The notes beneath the pieces were generated by a model, which saw nothing but the letters and a program-made list of their open reading frames with translations, ran no database searches and was not told the origin of the DNA. 64,000 nt of DNA from a virus: the IMG/VR virus record IMGVR_UViG_3300009130_000002; one strand, written 5' to 3'. This document shows, one piece after another, positions 1 to 7,365 of the stretch (the stretch's first letter is position 1; each line of letters starts with the position of its first letter). A program made the translations under genes and the position numbers.

Positions 1-2
1 AG

Positions 3-1730
3 TTTTATACAGAGGATGCAGCAGACGGCGTACACACCAAGGCAGTTATCAGAAATAACCTAACAGGAACTGGAGATTATTTGGTTCTTGAAGGCACTAA
101 GAGTGGCGGAGGAGCTATCAAGCCAGAGCTGGTAAAAATTGGCCAAGGAGCGTTGGAAATTTTTGGTAATCTAAGGGTTGAAGACACAGTAACAGGTACT
201 GGACCTTCTGGATATCTAGAGTTGGGTTCAGATATAGATATGAATCTAAACAGTATTCATAATGTTTCAATTGCACAAATCGCAATAATCAATGGCTTGA
301 ATACAGTTAATTCCCTTGATGGAGATATCCACTTTATAGATACAGATGTAGTTATCCAAGGTGGCAGTAATCAAAATGGAGATCTCACTGTTGCAGGAAA
401 CCTGGATGTAGGTGGCACGGCAGAACTAGACGGTTTAGATGTGGATGGTAATGCAGAGTTCGGATTTTATGATGGTAATTATAATCCTGTAGGAACTGAT
501 ACAACCTTTCTTGTGTATGGTGGCCCACATACTGAACCTAACTTAAGTTCAAGAATTCATGGACCACGAGTGAGAGGTTCAAATTATTCTCGTTTAACGA
601 TTGAATGCAGGGATCCTATTAACGAAAAATTATGGCACGAAAGCAATCCTCATCCAGATATGACAGATTATACTGGGGGTGAATGGATAAGTACCAGTGG
701 CAGCACTGCTCTTCCTTGGGGAGATGGTGGTACTGGAGAAATGAGTCCAGTAAGTGGTCCTGTCTTGTCTTTCGATAGTTGGCAATATGGTCCTGGCGGT
801 GATGCCGGTATGCCTTATCCAGTAGAACGTTACTTTATAAGAGATACTGTTGCGAACTTCCCCTGGTATACATTCCACGCTGGAACAGCAGATCAGTATG
901 ATGTTCCAGGTCAAGCTACCTTACGGTGGTCAACCAATAATACAGGACTGCGTATATGGCCAGACTGGATACAGGTGGGAGATGAGATTCGTGTAGCTCC
1001 TGGTGGTGAAGGGTTCTTAGATACCAATGGCACAACTTATGAATGGGCAACTGTTCTTGACGTTGATAATGTCAATAAGCTAATTAAACTGGATAGGGAT
1101 ACTGTATATGCTAGTCCAGCAACACAAGAGTTAAAAGTCAGTCCAAAAAGAAAAGATATCACTAGCTGGGAGATCTATAAACAAAGTAGCCCCGTAAATA
1201 TGCATAGTGGAGCTGGTAAAGCTTACACTGCTGATATCTGCAATCTTGATGAGTTTGAAACCCTCAATTTCAGACCCATTATGAGAGTGTATACTAACGA
1301 ACAAATTGATGAGCCAGATGGTAACTTACCACCTGCAGGAATTTACACTAGCGTACCGGTTCCTACGGATGTCGCTTTTCGTATTCGATCTGATGGGAAA
1401 GTAGAAGCTAAAACAACTTATTTAACAGGTTCCTCCAGGAATATAAAACAAAATATTGAAAACCTATCAGAAGAAAAATCTAGTTTAATATTAGAGGGAT
1501 TACAACCAGTAACATTTGAATATAAAACAAGTCCTGGTGAATCTCGTATAGGTTTTATTGCAGAAGATGTTCCAGAATATGTTGCTGAAAAAAATAGAAA
1601 ATCAATTTCAACATTAGACATTGTTGCAGCAATAACTGGAGCCCTTAAATCACAAAGTGAAAAGGTAAAAACCCTTGAAAAAGAAATTGAAGATATGAAA
1701 CAACTATTACAAAACTCAGGAGTAATTTAG
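3..1730 (+). CDS. Tail fibre/spike protein with C-terminal intramolecular chaperone (peptidase S74); 5' end truncated by the window
   Basis: Frame is open from base 3 (FYTEDAADG...), so the true start lies upstream. C-terminus SSRNIKQNIENL...LQPVTFEYK...RIGFIAEDV...coiled coil matches the S74 autocleaving chaperone (S-x4-K dyad). Confidence 0.85.
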   Translation, partial: FYTEDAADGVHTKAVIRNNLTGTGDYLVLEGTKSGGGAIKPELVKIGQGALEIFGNLRVEDTVTGTGPSGYLELGSDIDMNLNSIHNVSIAQIAIINGLNTVNSLDGDIHFIDTDVVIQGGSNQNGDLTVAGNLDVGGTAELDGLDVDGNAEFGFYDGNYNPVGTDTTFLVYGGPHTEPNLSSRIHGPRVRGSNYSRLTIECRDPINEKLWHESNPHPDMTDYTGGEWISTSGSTALPWGDGGTGEMSPVSGPVLSFDSWQYGPGGDAGMPYPVERYFIRDTVANFPWYTFHAGTADQYDVPGQATLRWSTNNTGLRIWPDWIQVGDEIRVAPGGEGFLDTNGTTYEWATVLDVDNVNKLIKLDRDTVYASPATQELKVSPKRKDITSWEIYKQSSPVNMHSGAGKAYTADICNLDEFETLNFRPIMRVYTNEQIDEPDGNLPPAGIYTSVPVPTDVAFRIRSDGKVEAKTTYLTGSSRNIKQNIENLSEEKSSLILEGLQPVTFEYKTSPGESRIGFIAEDVPEYVAEKNRKSISTLDIVAAITGALKSQSEKVKTLEKEIEDMKQLLQNSGVI

Positions 1731-1734
1731 TGAA

Positions 1735-2139
1735 ATGGCAAACATAGTTAAAAAGGTAGATCGAGGAGTCGCAACGGCTCAACGCACACAAAACTTCACT
1801 CAAGCAGATATAACTGGAGATGGAGATATACTCAAGATTCAAGAATCCTTAGGGAAAATGGCAACACATATTGTAATTGAAGTTCCAGGTGGTGGAGGCA
1901 GCATGACTGTTAGGTTTAATGTTATCAGAACAATCTACCCGAACAGAACAAAAGAAGAATATGATTGCCTATATCCAGAAATGTATAAGAATCTTGCCTT
2001 GGGGCAAGAAGTAGAAGATACTACTGGAGCATTGGTTACAATTGGTGCTGGTGAAACATTCGAGCTTGACAATGATCTACCTGTCAAAGATATTAAGATC
2101 GTATCTGCATCTACCAATTTCGATATTTTCGTATGTTAA
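1735..2139 (+). CDS. Hypothetical protein, possibly virion-associated (134 aa)
   Basis: ORF tightly coupled to the upstream fibre gene; beta-rich composition; no recognisable motif. Confidence 0.6.
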   Translation: MANIVKKVDRGVATAQRTQNFTQADITGDGDILKIQESLGKMATHIVIEVPGGGGSMTVRFNVIRTIYPNRTKEEYDCLYPEMYKNLALGQEVEDTTGALVTIGAGETFELDNDLPVKDIKIVSASTNFDIFVC

Positions 2140-2149
2140 GGAGTGTCTT

Positions 2150-2488
2150 ATGGCTAGAAAAAATAAACAAGCCAGTATTTCATTAGAAATAGATGGTGAA
2201 CAACTAGAAAAAATTGCAGAAAAAATGGCAATTACTATAGGTAAAGAACTAGCCAAGGCCCTATCTGGAGGAGTTTCAGTAAGTACAAAAAGTACTGGAT
2301 TTAAGTCTTCTGGTCAGATACAAGATATTGGTGGGGTAAGTATTGATGAATCAATCATCCCAATGAAAGTAGAAGCAACCCTAAGCTCAACAAGCAAAGA
2401 GCTGGGCAAAGAAGAGAAATCAGAAGACAAAGGTTTATCTGATTCTAAGAAAAAATTAGCAAACCTATTTAAGAAAAAAGGAGAGTAA
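2150..2488 (+). CDS. Hypothetical protein (112 aa), candidate partner of the actin-like ATPase
   Basis: ATG at 2150 follows AAGGAG (2138-2143), a better start than the track's 2042. Low-complexity middle and basic C-terminal helix (KKKLANLFKKKGE). Stop is 3 nt before the actin-like gene. Confidence 0.65.
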   Translation: MARKNKQASISLEIDGEQLEKIAEKMAITIGKELAKALSGGVSVSTKSTGFKSSGQIQDIGGVSIDESIIPMKVEATLSSTSKELGKEEKSEDKGLSDSKKKLANLFKKKGE

Positions 2489-2491
2489 GAA

Positions 2492-3490
2492 ATGCCCAAA
2501 GGCCTTGATGTGGGAACTTCTTTTCTAATCACTGCAGAGGAAACTCTAGAAGGAGTATCCTACAAAGAGATGCGTGATGCATTTTACAGAATGAAACCAG
2601 CAACAAAAATTGCTGCCAAGATGATGGAAAGAGGATTACAGAACCTTACCTACCTAAAAGACGTTGACGGGTCCTATGTTGTCGTAGGAGCTGATGCAAT
2701 TGCCAAAGCAATAGAAAGACACCAATCCGCACAGCGGCCCCTATACAGGGGTGTTATTAGCCCCAGAGAGCCTGATGCTCGAAGGGTGCTTAAGTTTATT
2801 TTAGCCGAGCTTGTCGGTAAACCACAAACCCAAGGAGATACCCTTGTTTACTCAATTCCTGCTGAACCTGTTGATCAATCTGACGAAGACTTTAATACCG
2901 GATACCACGAAGATGTACTTAGAAAGGATCTTGGTGAACTTGGTTGGGATGCTAGAGCACTCAATGAAGCGGAGGCTATCTGCTATTCTGAGTTAGAAAA
3001 TGAAGACTATACTGGAATCTGTATGTCCTTTGGAGCGGGTATGGTTAATGTATGTGTTATGTCTTCTGGAGAACCAGTAATCAAGTTCTCTACTACAAAA
3101 TCAGGAGACTGGGTAGACAGAATGGCAGCCCAATCCACTGGACAGCCAGATAGTATTGTTCAAGTTGAAAAAGAAGAAGGTGATTTCACTGTAGGAGAAG
3201 AGTCAGAGAATCCAATCTTGTCTGCAGTAAGTTCTTATTATGTAAGACTTATTGATTACACTACACAACACCTGGCATTACGGCTTTCAAATAGCAATGA
3301 CCTTCCTAAATTCCAGGGACCTATCCCTGTGGTGGTAAGTGGAGGAACTAGTAGAGCAGGCGGATTCGTAGAAGCATTCCGCAAGAGGATGTCTCAAGCT
3401 GATTTTCCTTTAGAAATCAGTGAAGTACGTCATGCAACAGACCCCTTAAGAGCTGTTGCTAGGGGCTGCCTACTCGCAAGTATCTTGTAG
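2492..3490 (+). CDS. Actin-like ATPase (MreB/MamK/Mad28-like actin fold)
   Basis: Phosphate-1 GLDVGTS, connect-1 LNEAEAICY, phosphate-2 MSFGAGMVNV, adenosine motif VVSGGTS and connect-2 AVARGCL appear in canonical actin-superfamily order in 332 aa. Confidence 0.85.
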   Translation: MPKGLDVGTSFLITAEETLEGVSYKEMRDAFYRMKPATKIAAKMMERGLQNLTYLKDVDGSYVVVGADAIAKAIERHQSAQRPLYRGVISPREPDARRVLKFILAELVGKPQTQGDTLVYSIPAEPVDQSDEDFNTGYHEDVLRKDLGELGWDARALNEAEAICYSELENEDYTGICMSFGAGMVNVCVMSSGEPVIKFSTTKSGDWVDRMAAQSTGQPDSIVQVEKEEGDFTVGEESENPILSAVSSYYVRLIDYTTQHLALRLSNSNDLPKFQGPIPVVVSGGTSRAGGFVEAFRKRMSQADFPLEISEVRHATDPLRAVARGCLLASIL

Positions 3491-3492
3491 TA

Positions 3493-3501
3493 TGCTATAC
3501 T
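3493..3501 (+). promoter_or_regulatory. Extended -10 promoter (TGcTATACT), probably leaderless for the 3508 gene
   Basis: TGCTATACT followed by 6 nt and then the ATG at 3508; no SD sequence. Confidence 0.45.
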
Positions 3502-3507
3502 ATTCGA

Positions 3508-3735
3508 ATGGGGAATTCGAATAACACTTCAATAGATAGATTGGACGGGCTCAAGCTCGTTTATGACCTTCAAAAAAATGAGGAAGAAGTCTCATCCGTT
3601 AAGCTGATGAAGATAAAGTCCTATATACTTGATTGGTTAGAAAAGCAGGAATATATTTCTTGGAATGAGAATAAAACAAAAGCTTCTATAACTGATAAGG
3701 GGATAGGGTATCTTGCTGAACGAAAATGGATTTAA
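3508..3735 (+). CDS. Small winged-helix-like protein (75 aa)
   Basis: C-terminal LDWLEKQEYISW...ASITDKGIGYL resembles a wHTH recognition helix plus wing (xxTxKG). Confidence 0.45.
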   Translation: MGNSNNTSIDRLDGLKLVYDLQKNEEEVSSVKLMKIKSYILDWLEKQEYISWNENKTKASITDKGIGYLAERKWI

Positions 3736-4088
3736 TATGGCTTAGCTAAACCTTCGTTGATCATTAAGCTATTTACACAGATCCAATCTGGGCTTGTAGT
3801 ATAGATCTCTCCAAGGTAGCGTCCGTATTTTCCTTTCTTATCTTTGACTGTCTCAAGAGCAATCTCTTTTCCAAGGACTAGTTCCTCTAGCCTATTTTTT
3901 GCCTTCATACCTGCCTTGTATTCCTCTGAGTCTTTTTTAACTCCATAGGTTTCAGGAGTATTTATCCTGGCGAGACGTATTCTTTCTTTCACAAAGACAT
4001 TCATCCCTAGATCAATCTCTAGGTCTACTGTGTCTCCATCTACTACTCTAACTACAGTAGCTTTATATAGGTAATAGTTCCTCTGCAT
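3732..4088 (-). CDS. Staphylococcal-nuclease (SNase/thermonuclease)-like protein
   Basis: VVRVVDGDT, IRLARINTPE, KYGRYLG and NSLMINEGLA motifs. Start moved to MQRNYY (4088), downstream of the previous gene's stop. Confidence 0.9.
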   Translation of the reverse strand: MQRNYYLYKATVVRVVDGDTVDLEIDLGMNVFVKERIRLARINTPETYGVKKDSEEYKAGMKAKNRLEELVLGKEIALETVKDKKGKYGRYLGEIYTTSPDWICVNSLMINEGLAKPY

Positions 4089-4101
4089 TTGCTTTCTCTT
4101 T

Positions 4102-5961
4102 CTACCTGCAAATATCAGTGAACATATCTTTGAGCATATCGACATAGGAACTCACATCATTTACAAGAATATTTTTTATTTTATTTGGATCAGACTCCAC
4201 TACAGGCAACCACATTTGTGTAAAGATAGGCTTTGTAATGACAAAGAATTCATATATATCACCGGCAGTGCAGTCACCAACTGTACAATGATTTGAATAT
4301 AGTGCAACATCTGATGGGCTTACGTTGGTCATTGTTTGTCCAACCTCATCTGTCATTAATATAATGTATGGATGAGCATCTTCTCTCCAATTGATCCCTA
4401 TTGGATCTTCAGGCATACAAGCCATATATGAAATATCATATGTGTACTCATAAGATCCTCCATTTGCTTGCAATCCACCAAGAATACCAGTTAGTTGATT
4501 TACATCTACTAGCATATTCCCAGGGACTCCAGTTCTTATCTCATAGGTATTACTGCCAGCGTATCCTACACTTGTTGTAATTAAACCAAACTTATGTTCA
4601 GTGCCTTGAAAATCAGAGACATACAGCCCCAATGCATGCGATAAAGCATCAATATAACTCTGCATAGAGCCAGAGATATCAACAACAAATATTATATCAA
4701 CCTTGTCATGTGGATCTAGTTCCTCATCAACTAAGCCGTCACAGTCATTATCGAGACCATCACAGAATTCCTGTTCAGGATGGACCTCACCAATACATTC
4801 AGAGTAGATACCCATTTCACATTCAGTTTGCCCAGCCCTGCATTCTCCAATACCAACTAGCTCTGGATTATCTGAACAGGGAAGAACGATTCCATCTATC
4901 TCTCCATCGCAATCATCATCCCATGCATTGCAAACTTCTGGTAAGGTTCTAACAAAAAAACAATCTCCATACTCTCCATATATATCGCAGTATTGTATCC
5001 CTTCCCCACAGGGATAGGGAGCACCCAGTTGTTCTCCTGTATTGATATCGAACATAGGACTTTCCACACAGATTTGCGTATCTCCAAAAGCGCATGGACA
5101 GCCTTCGTCTACTTCCCCATTGCAGTTATTGTCTACACCATCGCATAGTTCTTGACTTGGCTCTGGAGCTGTACAGTTATACCAATCTCCACTGTAGCAA
5201 ATCTCTATTCCCTGACCACATGCTGTCTCACATAATTGATATATGTTGTTATCCTTGATTCCATCACAATCATTATCAATATTGTCACATGTTTCTGCCT
5301 GAGGATATTCTGCTCCCACACAAGTCAGCTCACCATTAACACAATGGTTTTGTCCATAAGAACAAGCACCCCAATTGGTTTCTGGTCCACAAATGGTTGG
5401 AATAATATCTTCATCAATTAATTCGTTACAGTTATCGTCTATGCTATTGCATAGTTCGTCAGCTCCTGGATTGATATGTGGGTTGTTATCATCACAGTCT
5501 CCATCACAAACTGGATATTGATCATTATCAATATCAGCTTCATCTTGAGAAACATGACCGTCACAATCATTGTCTAGATTATCACATAGCTCTGGGGCTC
5601 CTGGATAAATGGTATTATTTCCATCATCACAATCCCCATTACAGGTAGTGAAGGTATCTTCGTCTAGATCATAACCATCATCAATTATCTCGTTACAGTC
5701 ATTGTCTATCCCGTCACAAATGTCTTCTGACGGACGTACAAATCCCTCACAAATAATTGAATTTTCTCCTGTACATTGTACTGTTCCGGTTTGACATGCC
5801 CCAATGTTGAGTGTAGTGTACTCGGGACTTTCAGGCTCAAGTAATTGAACTTGATCGTCAACAATTATGCAGGCCTTTGTAGATGGACAGTAATTTAGAA
5901 TGTCTTGATTGCTGCAGCTGATAAGAGAAATAGCAACAGCCAGGGAGAGCAATACCCTCAT
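4102..5961 (-). CDS. Predicted lipoprotein with seven Cys/Asp-rich MopE-related repeats and a C-terminal vWA domain
   Basis: Signal peptide with lipobox-like LISC. Seven E-x-C-[DN]-x-x-D-[ND]-[DN]-C motifs. MIDAS DISGS in VDIIFVVDISGSM; later ILMTDE. Strong SD AGGAGG. Confidence 0.85.
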   Translation of the reverse strand: MRVLLSLAVAISLISCSNQDILNYCPSTKACIIVDDQVQLLEPESPEYTTLNIGACQTGTVQCTGENSIICEGFVRPSEDICDGIDNDCNEIIDDGYDLDEDTFTTCNGDCDDGNNTIYPGAPELCDNLDNDCDGHVSQDEADIDNDQYPVCDGDCDDNNPHINPGADELCNSIDDNCNELIDEDIIPTICGPETNWGACSYGQNHCVNGELTCVGAEYPQAETCDNIDNDCDGIKDNNIYQLCETACGQGIEICYSGDWYNCTAPEPSQELCDGVDNNCNGEVDEGCPCAFGDTQICVESPMFDINTGEQLGAPYPCGEGIQYCDIYGEYGDCFFVRTLPEVCNAWDDDCDGEIDGIVLPCSDNPELVGIGECRAGQTECEMGIYSECIGEVHPEQEFCDGLDNDCDGLVDEELDPHDKVDIIFVVDISGSMQSYIDALSHALGLYVSDFQGTEHKFGLITTSVGYAGSNTYEIRTGVPGNMLVDVNQLTGILGGLQANGGSYEYTYDISYMACMPEDPIGINWREDAHPYIILMTDEVGQTMTNVSPSDVALYSNHCTVGDCTAGDIYEFFVITKPIFTQMWLPVVESDPNKIKNILVNDVSSYVDMLKDMFTDICR

Positions 5962-5991
5962 ACCCTTTTCCTCCTGGTTGTGAAGAACTAA

Positions 5992-6702
5992 CTATTTGGC
6001 GATAGTCTTTTTAATAAATTCTCTTATCTCATCTACAGGGACTGCTAATGCAGTTTCATGAATGCCGAGGGGTTGTACAACAACCATCCCTACGACCTCA
6101 CCGTTTCTCAATACGGGAGAACCACTGTTTCCTGCTTCGATATTAACGGCTATAAAAATCATATCACTAAATTGCTGAAAACGATAGGCAAGAGAGGAAA
6201 TAATTCTCCCTTCTCTTCTTACTGGAAAGAATCCACGAGGTGCTCCAATGATTGTGACCTCATCTTCAGTAGATAATTCAGCTACTGACTCTGCAAGAGA
6301 CAATGGTTCCATTCCATGATCAATAGATTCTATAATACAAATATCGTTAGGTCTGTCATACCCAACAATTCTTGCAAGGATAGGGGTTCTGGGCATACCT
6401 CTTTTATCTGAACGAACAAGAAGAACCTTTTCACCAACTAATCCCTGAGCAAATAAAATAGAACTAGATTCGCAAAAATGACCAGCAGTTAATAAATGCC
6501 TTTCATCAATTGCAAAGCCTGTGGCAGTTCCACCACCATGACCTTTTTTCCCAGGAGTAGACTGAAGCAAAGCAACAGAGTTGTAAAACTTAGTCTTTAA
6601 TAAGCTATTGATTTTATTTGGAAACCTGCTACAAGAAATACAAGACACAGTTAGAGTTAGACCTAGTGAAACTAGTGCCAACAAGTTCTTCATTTTTATC
6701 AT
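5992..6702 (-). CDS. Trypsin-like serine protease (S1), probably secreted or lipid-anchored
   Basis: Catalytic triad contexts LTAGHF (His), PNDICI (Asp), GNSGSP (Ser). Hydrophobic N-terminus ending VSCISC. GGAGG SD. Confidence 0.88.
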   Translation of the reverse strand: MIKMKNLLALVSLGLTLTVSCISCSRFPNKINSLLKTKFYNSVALLQSTPGKKGHGGGTATGFAIDERHLLTAGHFCESSSILFAQGLVGEKVLLVRSDKRGMPRTPILARIVGYDRPNDICIIESIDHGMEPLSLAESVAELSTEDEVTIIGAPRGFFPVRREGRIISSLAYRFQQFSDMIFIAVNIEAGNSGSPVLRNGEVVGMVVVQPLGIHETALAVPVDEIREFIKKTIAK

Positions 6703-6768
6703 TGGTTGTTACCCTCCATACCCTATAGTTATGATAACAGCTTAAATAGGTTTTTCAAATGAAGTGAA

Positions 6769-6796
6769 TTGAAGTATAAACTCCTCATGGTATACT
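6769..6796 (+). promoter_or_regulatory. Sigma70-type promoter driving the holin/virion genes
   Basis: TTGAAG-16 nt-TATACT with an extended TG, in the divergent intergenic gap 6703-6821. Confidence 0.5.
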
Positions 6797-6821
6797 GCTA
6801 ATAGTTGGGGGAGTTGTACAC

Positions 6822-7103
6822 ATGAAAGAACCGGGGTATAAGTGGATGATAGGGCCGATGATTACGGTCACTATGTTAGTATGTGGATTAGCTACTAGTT
6901 GGGGAGTCACTAAGACTTCTTTAGATCAATTAAATACACAATTAGTAAAAGTAGAATTGAAAATAAATGAACATGAGGATAAGATTAGAGATATACAGAT
7001 ACAGCAAGCTGGGACAAACCAAGTCCTAAAGAGTATCCAAAATAGCTTAGAAGAAATAAAGGAAGATTTAAGAGTCTTACGTTCTCACACAAAGAGAAAG
7101 TGA
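6822..7103 (+). CDS. Single-TM coiled-coil protein (holin/antiholin-like)
   Basis: N-terminal hydrophobic helix followed by a heptad coiled coil (93 aa). Confidence 0.5.
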   Translation: MKEPGYKWMIGPMITVTMLVCGLATSWGVTKTSLDQLNTQLVKVELKINEHEDKIRDIQIQQAGTNQVLKSIQNSLEEIKEDLRVLRSHTKRK

Positions 7104-7104
7104 G

Positions 7105-7356
7105 ATGGAAGAACAGAAAATAAGAAACGGAAGAAAGTTCAAACTAACTATCCTTCTTAGTGTTTTATGTTTGCTTGGATTCTTTGTTACTGTAACTCAC
7201 ACAGAGTTATCAAAAAATTATGAAGAACTGTGTGATACTTTAGTAACAATATTGCTTGTATACTGTGGAGGCAACGTTGGTAATAAGTGGCTAAGCGCGG
7301 CACCACCGCCTGAGACACCAAAGCCAAAAGGAGCTTCAAGAAAAAAAACAACTTAG
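7105..7356 (+). CDS. Two-TM small membrane protein, class II holin-like
   Basis: Two hydrophobic segments and a basic C-terminal tail (PKPKGASRKKTT). Confidence 0.5.
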   Translation: MEEQKIRNGRKFKLTILLSVLCLLGFFVTVTHTELSKNYEELCDTLVTILLVYCGGNVGNKWLSAAPPPETPKPKGASRKKTT

Positions 7357-7365
7357 AGGTTGTTA

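Noticed and set aside
2150-3735. parC-like centromere repeats near the actin gene
   Set aside because: No iterated direct repeats are visible around the module; any centromere would have to lie elsewhere.
4102-5961. Copper-acquisition (methanotroph MopE) auxiliary metabolic gene
   Set aside because: Only the generic Cys/Asp repeat is present, which more likely binds calcium with disulfides; the repeat alone does not show copper uptake.
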